Shown: positions 28,187-40,430, counted from the first letter of the whole stretch. The stretch: 62,664 nt of DNA, filler included, from Choristocarpus tenellus KU-1152 (GCA_964200185.2; 12 parts of 12 records of this genome joined end to end with filler, not necessarily neighbours in it); one strand, 5' to 3'. Program-made: numbers and translations. Notes: a model not told the origin generated them from the letters alone.

Positions 28187-28426
28187 GGTAGAGCTGCGTT
28201 CTTTTGGGGGCTAAAATCCAATGTTGTGATATTGATGTAATTTTGGTCGTTATGTTTGTAGGGAAGGGTCAATATCCTTGTTCCAGGCACACCTTTTCAC
28301 AACGTATACATTTTACCTACTCCAGAATGTTTCGGAGTAGGTAAAATGTCATGAAAAACCCGTGGGAGGCCAAGGCCCAAACGGACAAACAAGGCAAAAC
28401 TCGTACCCTCTAAGATACTTTCACTC
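28187..28426 (+). mobile_element. MITE family B copy lacking its left TIR
   Basis: Begins ggtagagctgcg immediately after the LTR and ends TACCCTCTAAGATACTTTCACTC. Perfect 16-bp hairpin at 28308-28349. Confidence 0.85.
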
Positions 28427-29771
28427 TTGTGACAAACCGTAAAGGAACCAAGCATAGAACAGAATGTTGTAGCAAGGAATACAAAGGAGAGAAAGAAAGA
28501 GCACCTTCACCACAGGTTAGTCTGAGCTACAGATACGAACACAGCAACATAAATAGAGTGCAGGTCACACTCTCACCTTGGTCCCTTGGATCCCATAGCT
28601 CCCACCATCGACATCCAATGAGGGAAAAACTCCCTTATGTCCCTTAAATATATGCCACACGCCGTTCAATTGTGGCGGATGGTTGTCTCAGAAGGTGATT
28701 TGTTTAATATCATGATCTCTGGTAGGGTCCTTAGCCTGTGTTGCTTTCAATAGTTAAGCATTCTCAATTTAGCACTTTGAAGGTGAAAGATACGCACAGA
28801 CCCCACAATTAGTTGCACACATTTCTACCTTTAGGTTGGTCATTTGCTTGTCACAGGCAGCAGGCATAGAGTCATCTATCTAGCAGAACAAATTCTGTTC
28901 ACCCATATTTAGCACAATCCCCTCCTGCCCCATTCCTCCTTGTACTGGTGGAGCTCCTCCCTCTCGTTCCTCCAAAAGCACAGTCCACACTACCCCCTCC
29001 TGTGTGACTGACTGTTTTCTTTCTTCTTATGGGTCAAAGTATCTTGGGGGGGGGGGGTGGTTTGTGAGGGGGCGTCCGTTTCGNNNNNNNNNNNNNNNNN
29101 NNNNNNNNNNNNNNNNNNNNNNNNNNNTTAATTAATTAANNNNNNNNNNNNNNNNNNNNNNNNNNNNNNNNNNNNNNNNNNNNGGGGGGGTTCTACACCA
29201 GGGTGTCCATTAGGGGCAAAATCGGGAAAGTGCATTTACATTATCCATCCGACGTATGCAACCAAATCACCCAAAAATCGCGATATGAAAAAATTGACCC
29301 AAAATAATGGAGCCGCCACCCCCTCCCAGATACTTTGAGTGAATTGAAGCTACCCATCCTGTGGAGGTAAGTTTCTGGAGCGTGCCTGTAACAAATATCC
29401 TACATGCATTTATAAAGAAAAAATGAGCTTTTGAACATATTTGTCAGCATCCTTAAAATGCAACTCTGGGTACCTCTCGCTTACTTTGACTCTGCACTCA
29501 TTCAGAGTGGACAAGATGACCTCTTGTTCCAAAGCATTTCACATCTACTACCTGTTAAGGGGCCTAATCAACATCTACAAGGAAGGAGAAATCGCACCCA
29601 ACCATAGCACCTGCAGGCCACAGTGAAGGCACTCCTTCCTAATATACCTCCATCAGTGGAGGAACCCATGCTGACACAGAAGAAGGCTTAGAATGTTTTT
29701 TGGTGATGGACATGGCTGATCAGAACCCGGGCAAGACGGGTTCTGGTTGGAGCAAGTGTCACTCTCATTGT

Positions 29772-30005
29772 GAGTCAAAGCATTTAAGAGGGTACGATTT
29801 TTTGGCTCTTTTGTTCGTTCAGGGCTTGGTTTCCCACGTTTTTTTCTTTGCCCCTTTTCGGTTTTCGAAACATTTCGAATAGGTGAAGACCCAAAGTACC
29901 TGGAGGAGGGGGGGGGGCGTCTACACCAGAGCGTCCATTTTGACAAAAATCAGGAAAAGTGCATTTACATTATCCATCCGACATAAGCAACCCGATCACC
30001 CAGAA
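29772..30005 (+). mobile_element. MITE family B fragment (29772-29887) directly followed by a family A fragment (29888-~30005)
   Basis: GAGTCAAAGCATTTAAGAGGGTACG... then GACCCAAAGTACCTGGAGGAGGG... Confidence 0.7.
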
Positions 30006-30371
30006 TAATCAATTATCGTTGGACACTTCGTTGGACACTTCGTTGTTGGTGTTGAGTGAGAGAGTTGATCATGTTGATTATTTGGATGTTAGAAGTTAGT
30101 GTGTAGTGACCGGCCATCCGTCCAGCATCTGGAACTAATAACACTACTACTTAATACTAATACTGTCTCGTACTACTACTTGTTTTGATACAAGTTGAGC
30201 ATTTTACAAGAGAACCAATTGAGAGACTAAGAAGTGCCAAAAGAGCTGCCACTGGGAGAGGAGATAGTGAAGGGGTGGCCGCCGCTTGTGGCACACTGGA
30301 GCCGATCTATTAGAACCCGTTTTCCTCTCTGAAGGTGTCATTGTTGTTTGGGTGGAGGCCTGCCAGTCATC

Positions 30372-31657
30372 ATGCCTAGAAACAAGAAGATGTTGTTGAT
30401 GGGCAAGTCAGGGTCGGGCAAGACGTCCATGCGGTCGATTATCTTCGCCAACTACATTGCCAGGGAGACTACTCGGCTTAGCCCCACTTTGGATGTCGAG
30501 CACTCACAAGTCAGGTCTAAAAAATCATGGGAAACAGAGATATCGTGTTGGTGTGCTAGGCGTTCGATACTCTCGTACTGCCTCACATGCTCCATTTTAT
30601 AGATTGTACCTCTTCACCAGGGCCTCCATCCATGATAGGGATGCCAGAAATTCTCCTAACATTCGCTTTCGGACACAACCGAGACACATCGAGAATGGCA
30701 CACCAGTATATTTGCAGTTGCCCCTGTCCCTTTTTCTGTGCCTTGATGTTGGACAGCACTTCGAAGACAGGATTGTTGTGCTTTGGGGATGCACACACGT
30801 GCAAGTCTGAGCTTTAGTTTGAGAGTAACTTTTTATTCGAAGTACATTGGAGAGCCACCTTCTGAAGCTTTCACGTTCTCTCGATGATGCTCGACTAGTC
30901 TTTCTTTCCTCCCGCATTTCATTACCCACACCCACCCTCATCTCCCTCTCGCTATTGCTCTCCCTCTGCGCAATGACCTCTCAACATCACCATTTGGTGG
31001 GAAGATTTCTCGGGGATCTGGTGCTCAACCTGTGGGATTGCGGAGGTCAAGATGAATTCTATAAGTCCTACTTCGAGAGACAAAAGGAATTCATCTTCAA
31101 GTCGGTGGAGGTGTGACGAAACTTACACTTGAAATTGAAAAATACAAAGCATAGAAATAGGCTATTGCTACAACAGGGAGATGTTTTTTTAACCAAACAT
31201 GGACATCGACAATCAGCAGAGTATTGCATTGTCTCGTACTACAACAGTGGAACAAGGGGGAGTCTGCAAGTCTTCCCTTCGGAAGAGGAGTGTTCAGTTG
31301 GAGGGGTATCAACGGGCCTACATCTAATTGATCTCTGCACATTTTTGTGAATACTTCGTTCCCTTTACATGCATCCTTCCGTGCATTACCATTCCCTGGC
31401 ATCTTGACCAATTGCTCTTTTCAATCTGCTTGTACAACACCACCATATTGTAGTGCTCCTCTTGCAACCGTTTCATTTTCATCAAATGCCACCAATTATT
31501 TGCGCGCTTCTACTTAAAGTCCCTGCTCCGCAACATATCTTGTTCCTGTCAAGGTCCTCATTTACGTTTTCGACATTGAAAGTCACGAGGAGGAGAAGGA
31601 TCTTGACCACTTTTACGGGGTACTGGAGGCAATCGAACACTTCTCTCCAGATGCCAG
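30372..31657 (+). CDS. RRAGA: Ras-related GTP-binding protein RagA/Gtr1, 5' part. Exons 30372-30514, 31005-31110, 31554-31657
   Basis: [42 protein letters not shown] and [12 protein letters not shown] are diagnostic RagA/Gtr1 motifs, with in-phase junctions. Confidence 0.95.
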
Positions 31658-33282
31658 GTGTTGTGATGTAGCATGCCTTCCTGGAAGAGATACTAGCCTT
31701 TCTTGATCTGTTTCATGTCGAGTCATTCCCCCCCTGTTCCCCTTCCCCAGCCTATTTACCTAAGCATATTGATCTTTCTGAGTACATTTTTTTTTCTTAA
31801 AATGTAAATGAATATATATGTATTGACGTCCTCTTAATGCCCCTTCTTCAGATCTTGCCTTTCATTCATGTTACGATATTTCAAGCACTTATGATGTGTG
31901 CGTCAACCCCAACCTCCACAGTACCTACCACACACACAGTCAGTGTACTTCTATTCTTTTGGGATTTGAAGTGAGCAGAGGAGAGCCTTTTTTTTTCTTT
32001 TTTCTTCTTGAAGTATACGTTTTGATACAGTTACGCTGGACAGGTTGATACGGGGTGAGGGTCCCTTCACTCTTTTTTTGATTCCAACGAACTTTGGAAA
32101 AATAATTTTTTTCGTTGTACGGAGTTCATGTTGCCTTTCATTGCACTTGCATAGTACCCTCTAGTACCGATGTATTTTCGTATTTTTCGTACTACTTGTA
32201 AGGCGGTAGCTGGATCGCCAGAACAATAACAAAACATCTACATACTTACCAAGCTTTTCATACTTTGCACGTGTGGAAATAGCTCAAGCGTTTCATGGTT
32301 ATTAACTATTATGTTTGTCTAAAATAATACGGAAGACTCCACAGTTATATACACACACATACACACACATATATATATATATATTTAAATTTATATTTAT
32401 ATTTATAACGGTGCTCCTTTGGTTGTCGCAGCATAAAAAAAAAAAAACTCTTGTCTGTTCACAAACGCCTCCAGAGGGACACATCTGCGCCGATAGTGTT
32501 TCACTTCCAGCACATCAAAAAAAGGAGAAAATAAAAATAGGAAGTTTAGAATTTGGAATGCCAACCCCTCGTACGGAACCGTTTCACTTCAGAATATATA
32601 TATATATATATGTTTTTTGACATCCTCTGTCCCACCCGCCCGCCCTCGAGGCGAACAAACCGGGAGGGGGGCACTATATTTTTTTTTTTAACAGACCAAA
32701 AGAACAAATATTTTCATCTGTGGTGATTTTTGGTTGTTGTAATTTAATAATAATAATATATATATTTTCAACTCTGTTGATGGAAAAAAAATGAAGAGTT
32801 GAGAAAAAAGAAAAAAGAGGATTGTCAAGATTTAGAGGATACGCACACAATAATTATTATTATTATTATTATTTTGTTTCTGCGAAGTGAAATGGTCTCA
32901 CAAAAAAAAAGCAATCGAAATCACACTCCGCAATTGTAGATTGATTTGCACTCTCCGAGAACACGTGTCGCCAGAATCTCATAGGAAACCTCAGAACTCA
33001 GCAGCGGGTCTCTCCTCTCAGTTTTGACTTTTGAATCCCTGTTCCGTGTAACCCACGGCCCTGCTTGCCATATATTTGTTTTTTTTATTTATTTATATAT
33101 GTGCGTGTGTGTGTATCTCATTATCTATTTTATTTTATTTTGTTGAGATATATTCTCTTTTTTTTGTCGATGGCGTTATTATTGGCGTTCCCTCACCGCT
33201 CGAACCTTGTATATATATATATATATATATATATATTTTTGCTTTATGTGTATGTACATGTGTATATATGTATGTGTATATA

Positions 33283-33664
33283 CTCCCTCTGTCCCATAAT
33301 TTCTGTTCTGATTTAAAATGCTATGTACCTCTTCGGGATGACCTCCGATTTAAAAAATGTATTTTTTGAGTTAGATTTTCCTCGGAAAAGGTTAGGTAAG
33401 ATGAGAGTTGTGTTTGAAAATAAATAAATATATATATATATATATCCCGAAATTGTTCTGAAAATATGAAACAGAGGTTAGGTGGACGGACATGGACCCA
33501 CGAGAAGATTGATGGCATTGACTGAAAAGGCGAGGAAAGCTATTCTAATGAAAGAAAAAATAAGTCAATGAATCCAATTTAAAAATCCGTTTTTGAAATT
33601 GGAAGTCATTGCGAAGAGTTCCATGGCATTTTAAAGCAGAACAGAAATTATGGGACAGAGGGAG
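33283..33664. mobile_element. Stowaway/Tc1-mariner-type MITE with ~100-bp imperfect TIRs and TA target duplication
   Basis: TA|CTCCCTCTGTCCCATAATTTCTGTTCTG ... CAGAACAGAAATTATGGGACAGAGGGAG|TA. Confidence 0.85.
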
Positions 33665-34495
33665 TATATATATACATGTATGTATATATATATACACATA
33701 CATACATACACAACTTTTAATTAAGGTTAGGGATAGGGGTGTGTGTGGGTAGGTTGTGTGTGGGTAGGGACCCGTGGAGTTGATGCTCTAGACCTCTACT
33801 TCAAAGAGTGCATTGTAGAAAGACGATAATACCCAAAGCGTGGTATCCTGATCCTCACAAATTATCTTTGTGCACAGTGACAAAATGTGATCAATAGAGG
33901 ATAACTAGACCGACTGAGAGTTGAGCTTTTGAGGCACAGAGGAGGAGGAGGAGGAGGAGGGCTCGCAGATATCACAGAAGAGGAAAATTCTGAGAAATAT
34001 CCTGGTGGGCAGATTACCATGACACTACTTTGCGTTCCAATTTTGAATCTTACTGGGGTGTATCTAGAGTTCTAATAATATCCTCTTCCTCCTCCTCCTT
34101 CTCATAATGACGTATTTACTTCATTTTTTTTACATGGTTTGTGTGGGCTACTACTACTACCATGGTATTTGAATGCGTGGTATTGTTTCTTGTCTTAAGA
34201 CTTTTGACTCTACCGGGTTTTTTTTTTTAGTGCTTCTGTGAGTTTTCGTGGAGGTGAGGGGAGTAAGAGAGGGGTCATGAGAATTTTATTGAAACAGAAA
34301 TATATATATTTTTATATTATTCTATTTATATACTTTTTTCTTGGAATGGGCGACTGTCGTCGTTGGTTTAAAATAAAAACTGTGGATATTGTGTTCGTCA
34401 ATGATAGTGCATTTCGCCTTCCAATTTTTGGCAAGTCCTTGCTCGCGTCCACAACTCTCAAAATATTGCGAGAAGGGAGAAGAGACCGCAATAGG

Positions 34496-34854
34496 ACTAT
34501 CAACTATCAACTATCAATTACCAACTACTACCAACTATCAACTATCAATTATCAACTATCAACTATCAATTATCAACTACCAACTATCAACTATCAACTA
34601 CCAACTATCAACTATCAACTATCAATTATCAACTATCAATTATCAATTATCAACTATCAATTATCAACTACTACCAACTATCAACTATCAATTATCAACT
34701 ATCAATTATCAACTACCAACTATCAACTATCAATTATCAACTATCAATTATCAACTATCAATTATCAATTATCAACTATCAATTATCAATTATCAACTAC
34801 CAACTATCAACTATCAACTATCAATTATCAATTATCAACTATCAACTACCAACT
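34496..34854. repeat. 7-bp tandem repeat (ACTATCA/ATTATCA/ACTACCA)n, about 50 units
   Basis: Directly visible. Confidence 0.95.
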
Positions 34855-35779
34855 GTGCCGTGAATACACAACTCACATTGGATAGGCAATGAATGCATTG
34901 TACTTAAAATATTTTTTGTATTTTTGTTGTGTGAATTATTATTATTATTATTATTATCACTATTATATGTGTTATTATTGTTGCTATTATTATTATTATT
35001 ATTATTATCTTTGAGTGATTTTTTATTTTTGTGTGCTATAAGAGAACCCCCCCCCCCCCCAATACATCTGCGATGGTGGGATCTCTTAAAGNNNNNNNNN
35101 NNNNNNNNNNNNNNNNNNNNNNNNNNNNNNNNNNNTTAATTAATTAANNNNNNNNNNNNNNNNNNNNNNNNNNNNNNNNNNNNNNNNNNNNCCCCCCCTC
35201 CCAGATACTTTGTGTCTACAAAACATTATACTAATGCAGCAGCCATAGTGCTACATATACTATTAGTAATTATCGTGGCTGATTGTATAGACCTCTCATG
35301 ACCAAACTTGTTCATATCCTCCTTTGAATGTCGCCAGTATACGATATTTTGAAATAATACTATGAGAATAACATATATTTTGATACAACACCAATTTCAT
35401 CCGTTAAAACATGGTAATACTCCTTATTAACTAACTGAGCAATGCGTGATGGGAATGCTTATTATCCCTGGTATGTTGCAACTACACTTAACAATCGAAT
35501 GACGACACCGATAATAATAGCAAGTAAAATGGCCATCATCATCATCATCATCATGATAACAATAACAATATTAATCATAATTATATTATTTTGCCCTCGG
35601 ATATTTTGCACGTGTATTGGGGAAAAACCAATGAAAAGTCATTCAAATGTCAGAACAACCAACCCCTGAAAAAGTAACAAGTTATCGCGAATGTGAAAGA
35701 CATTTTTCCATCATCTGTTTACTATTTTACTACGAGCTCTATGCTACACCACTACCCTCCTGTGGCTCCAACTTAGCTT

Positions 35780-36027
35780 AGCCCTACATCCCCAGGCGAG
35801 GAGCTAGGGAAGCGCATCCCAACAATATGACAGGCATCTCCCTGGTGTCTCCAGCTTGAAACGTATGCCACGTCTTGATAGAGCTGCTTGAGTTGTGACA
35901 GAAACTATCTGTCGTAAACGGGATTTGACAGCTCCTTTCCTGCTATAGCCTCCCGTTTCCTCTCCCCCCTATTGCGTGCGTAGTAAGCTCATCCAGAAGA
36001 CTTCCTACTTGCTTACTGAGTTGTCCA
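35780..36027 (-). mobile_element. 3' end of a non-LTR (RLE-type LINE) ORF
   Basis: The minus frame reads GQLSKQVGSLLDELTTHAIGG...RKGAVKSRLRQIVSVTTQAALSRR, resembling C-termini of RLE-bearing LINEs. Confidence 0.5.
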
Positions 36028-36206
36028 AAACTTTATTAATCATTATAATAATCATAATTATGTCAGGGACAGGTCACCTTTTTGGGGATCTCCGATATTG
36101 ATGAGGATAATACGCGCAGTTATACATTTGCGATCGTCACCTTTTGCGATTGAGGCCAGGCCATGTGATGTGGTGTGGGTCAAACACACGACTGGCACGC
36201 GGAAAC

Positions 36207-36378
36207 GACTCAGAGTATCTGGTGGGGGTGGCGGCTGTCCATTTGGGCCAATTTTTTCATGTCGCGATTTTGGGTGATTTGGTTCCATAGTATGGACAAT
36301 GAAAGTGCACTTTTCCTGGTTTTGACCCAAATGGACACTCTGGTGGAGACCTCCCCCCCCCTCCAGATACTTTGGGTC
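36207..36378. mobile_element. MITE family A, full copy (172 bp). Partial copies at 7390-7492, 14923-15003, 24171-24227, 29031-29083, 29184-29341, 35192-35215 and 37619-37692
   Basis: aac|GACTCAGAGTATCTGG...CCAGATACTTTGGGTC|aac: TIRs with G/C runs and a 3-bp flanking duplication. Confidence 0.88.
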
Positions 36379-36895
36379 AACCCTAACATGAATGATGGAT
36401 TGAAATTAGCGAAGTCGAGATTGTGTTTTCTGTTCTGACCTGTCACAACCAATCACATTGAAGATTGATCCACATGAGGATGTCAGTATACACGCAGCAT
36501 GCCTCAGTCTCATCTTTCGCTTCGTCTTCTGAACCTCATCTCTGGTGGTTCTCATCACCCCCCATCACACAAAACCAAGCCCCATTACAATTATAACAAT
36601 AATAATCATATATATCGAAATAATAATAATCATAATATGCTTTGCCTCTTACTGAGTGTTTGGTCTCTGTTCCAATTTCACACAGAGGTAATATTCCACG
36701 TACATAGCTGTTCACAACATCATTAATAACGAGAAGAGGGGCGACCTCCACCATATGAGTGAAGGAAGAGTGAGAACCAAACAAAACAAAATATTGTTTC
36801 AAAATGTTGTTGTTGGGATGCTAAAAACGATGCCGAAAATAGGCAGAGCTTCTTTCAAATGCTAGCAGTTCAGAAATCCACCGATACGATCAATT

Positions 36896-37153
36896 GAGTG
36901 AAAGTATCTTTGAGGGTACGAGTTTTGCCCTGTTTGTCCGTTTGGGGCTTGGCTTCCTACGGATTTTTTAATGATATTGTACCTACTCCAGAACGTTTCG
37001 GAGTAGGTAAATCTATGCGTTATGCAAAGATGTGTCCGGAACAAGGAACTTGATACTCCTAAAAAACACGATAGCGAAAATGATCTCAAAATCATAATAT
37101 TTGATTCTGGCTCCAAAATGGACGCGGCTCTACCCTCTAAGGTACTTTGACTC
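36896..37153 (-). mobile_element. MITE family B, full copy
   Basis: GAGTGAAAGTATCTTTGAGGGTA ... TACCCTCTAAGGTACTTTGACTC, with flanks aatt/aaat. Confidence 0.88.
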
Positions 37154-37792
37154 AAATAATAATGCCTACTTTTTACCGTCTTTGCAAGAACCACTACTAT
37201 TTCAGAGGTGGCACACCAGGAGTAAGTGTACTAAAACTCTATCTAGAAGTAAGTGTTGTACGATGCTTCCTTCTGGTCCCCAATCACATACTGTGCCACT
37301 TGTAGTCAACCTGTTATTTACTAATTCGAAGTATTTTCTACTACTTAAAGCATATGCTTCATGCTACTACTACATATTTTGTATTCTTAATATATTAGAT
37401 TATGAGTCCTCATAGCTCCACAGGGGACACAAAAACTGATCATACCCCTTACCCTGTTTTTTCCCCCTGTGCCCTTCGATACCTCTTCCCTTGCAATCAG
37501 ATCTTATTGCCATTTCAAACATTTCTTGTGTACGGGGAGGGCGAAAAGGGAAGGAAGACAGAAAGGCATGAAGGAAGGCAGAAAATCAGGCAGGCAGGAA
37601 GGCAGGCAGGAAGGCAGTGGCTCAAAGTATTTGGGAGGGGGTAGCGGCTGTCCAATTGGGGTCAATTTTTTCATGTCACGATTTTTGGGTGANNNNNNNN
37701 NNNNNNNNNNNNNNNNNNNNNNNNNNNNNNNNNNNNTTAATTAATTAANNNNNNNNNNNNNNNNNNNNNNNNNNNNNNNNNNNNNNNNNNNN

Positions 37793-39657
37793 GGCTTGGT
37801 TGTGGAGGATCATCCCCTGCTAATAATGTACAAGACGAGGGGGGGGGGCGCACTCTCGCAGGCCCTGATAACCATCTCAGCTGCCACCAGGACATGATTC
37901 TTCTCGCGCACAACGGTGGGACAGAGTTCACATGCAGCAACAAGCGAGTCACCATCGACGACATCTTTGGCCATGGGAGTGATCCATCTCCTCCGGTACT
38001 CCAAACCATGTGTGACGTCGAGTACCAAGGGGCTGCGACGGACATCCCCATGAGGGCCCTCCACTTCCTCGTTAACAGGTTCGTTAATAACGTCACACAT
38101 GCCCTTCTTCATGGGAGCAACTACATTTTTTTGTATAGATGTAGATCATCGTTAAACAGTAACGCAACAAGCTGGGTGACGGTTCAGGGGCGTCAAACCG
38201 TACCATGAGTGTGTCTCCCTGAATCACTACGTTAAACATCAAACCGCACCAAGAGGGTGTTGCCCTGTATCAGTACATTACTCATACATTGCCATATGAT
38301 GAATCCGTGCGCAATACAATGTACTCCTCGGGATATTTTACGACCTGCCCTCCTATGATAGGTACACGAATCCTAGGGACACTGTCGTCTCCTTCAGTGC
38401 AGAGAGGCACAACGTGACGGAGGCGGCCCTTGAACGGAGCAGGAGGGTGGAGGTGTTCGTGACCAACGCGGCGTCAAAGGACGATGTGAAAGAGAAGATG
38501 GAGACCCCCTTCGGCCGAGGAGTCAAAGTATCTTAGAGGGTAGAGCTGCGCCCATTTGGGGGTCAAAATCCAATGTTGCGATGTAATTTTGGCTATCGTG
38601 TTTGTTACGAGATGTCAATATCCTTGTTCTGGACACACCGTTTCATAACATATACATTTTACCTACTCCGAAACATTTTGGAGTAGGTAGAGAATGCCCA
38701 TAAAACGTGTGGGAAGCCAAGCACCAAACGGACAAACAGGGCAAACCTCGTACCCTCTATGATACTTGCACTCCGAGCCTACAAGGACGGCAAGAGGGAG
38801 GTAACAAGGGTGTGCTGGCTTTTTTCCATTTCCTTCCGACTTGTTGTATGTCTTGGTTCGCTATGGATAGGCGTCGGGGTTGCGGTTGTGGTAGTGATGT
38901 TTCCTTGTCCATGTTTACATGTTGCTAACACGGTGCACGCGATGACCCACACCTCAAACGGAAATCGCGAGACCCCAAGACTTTGTGTGTGAGTGTCGGT
39001 ACGTCGTAATGTCCTCCTTCCTCACACGAAAAAACAAACGTGCTGCGGTACACCTCAAGATCTTGAACAATGCCGAAATAACCCCTACGTACGTGACGTA
39101 GCCTTATCGCATGGCAAACACTTCAATGCCACATGGTTGGGCTGTCATATGTATGCACATGATGTTGCAGGTATCCACGTCTCTCGTTCAAGAACGCGTG
39201 ATAGGCCCTTCCTGCCTGCCGGAAGCCTTGGGGCAGACCCTCGTCCCAATTGAGATGCAGCGATGCTTTGCTGAGGCCTTCAATCCTCAGGGAAAGGAAA
39301 TGGGACGCGATGAGGCGACCCTTTTCGTTGCGAAGACAGTGGTGACGGACTTCGGCTACCAGATCGAGGTGAATCTGGCATGGAATGTGCTTCGTAACAT
39401 ATTTTGTCAAGAACGAACGGCAGAGTCATGCTCTTGGCAGGCAGAATACACGTTTTTTTTCTTCCCGAGTCCGAACCTATCTAATGCGGCACCCAAATAC
39501 GTCGCATAGAAGACTATGGGCCTTGCGGATAAGTATTGGATCCGTCATGTGTTCAACGTTTGCCACAATAAGGTTTCCGTTTTTGCTCCACCTTCGGTCG
39601 CGCACCTCCAAATCACGTCCATTCATGAATGACCGAACTCTGCACCCCCCCCCCCCC

Positions 39658-39690
<33 letters not shown>

Positions 39691-40430
39691 TCTTTGTCTT
39701 CCACAATGCTCAGCCGCGTGCAAGTCAGTCCTCGAATCCCGCCGAAATGGCCTTATTCCTGCTTGACAGGAAAGACTACAAAGTCGGCGGAAATGACCTC
39801 CCTGCATGGGGTGATCTCCAAGTGTGCAACTCTCGATCAGAGGCCTTCCGTTCCATCTCTCTTGACGACCAAGAAGAACAGTGCATTCGGCTGCTTCATA
39901 TTGCCAACAACAAACAGCTTAAGCGCATGCTTTTGCCTGGAACGGAGGTGTGTGGGCCGCGCGTAGAGCTCTACTTGCGCTTGGCAGCCACTTGCCCTCT
40001 CTATTACATGCGTTGGACCGAGAAGGCAGACGACACCAACATTGAATTCACGTCAAACGTTCCGCAGAGCGGAAGCCGTGACGAGGTCCTCCTCCCATTC
40101 TCCCAGGTTGGCCCTGGGCAGATGTTCATCACGCCCGTAGTTGGGAGGGTCTGCAAACCCCGGGCAAAGAATGACACGAGATCACCGTTCAACTTGCTCC
40201 TGGGTCTTACGGTAGTGCGTTCTCGCTGGTTCGAAGTGTGGGATTCGGACTCGGAATTGACGCCAGTCACCACTAGAAAGCGCAAGTGTCCCTCTTCCCG
40301 CACGGGTGGAAAGGGGAAAGGTCGCAAGGTGCGGAGGGGCGCCAGTGATTCTGCGCCAGAAGGCGAGCCGGAGTATGTCAGCGACGCGGAAGAGGACGAG
40401 GAGGATGAAGGGGATGACAAAGAGGAGTAA
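37793..40430 (+). pseudogene. Spliced gene (5'-truncated by the contig end, MITE-disrupted): beta-class N4C/N6A DNA-methyltransferase-like domain, SET-like domain and NLS/acidic tail. Exons 37793-38078, 38362-38800 (minus MITE), 39171-39368, 39714-40430
   Basis: All junctions are GT-AG and in phase. The peptide IPMRALHFLVNRYTNPRDTVVSFSAERHNVTEAALERSRRVEVF mirrors the N6_N4_Mtase pattern KP..L...LI..YT.PGD.VLDPF.G.G.T..AA....R...G.E. IEPRAS...MALF....DYKVG..LPAWG and CPLYYMRW......NIEF mirror SET motifs. Confidence 0.6.
38520..38773 (+). mobile_element. MITE family B, full copy inserted in an exon, with 4-bp TSD CGAG
   Basis: cgag|GAGTCAAAGTATCTTAGAGGGTA...TACCCTCTATGATACTTGCACTC|cgag. Confidence 0.92.

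Noticed and set aside
34238-34892. Long ORFs with INYQLS repeats
   Set aside because: These are simply translations of a 7-bp satellite that lacks stop codons on the + strand.
36207-38773. Dispersed palindromic repeats as a CRISPR array linked to the Cas4-like nuclease
   Set aside because: The repeats are long, irregularly spaced, carry TIRs/TSDs and have no spacer periodicity. The nuclease is fused to a UvrD domain, and the contigs are unlinked.
38520-38777. MITE B acting as a perfectly spliced introner
   Set aside because: The GT sites at 38522 and 38528 spliced to the TSD AG leave +2 or +8 nt, which shifts the frame.
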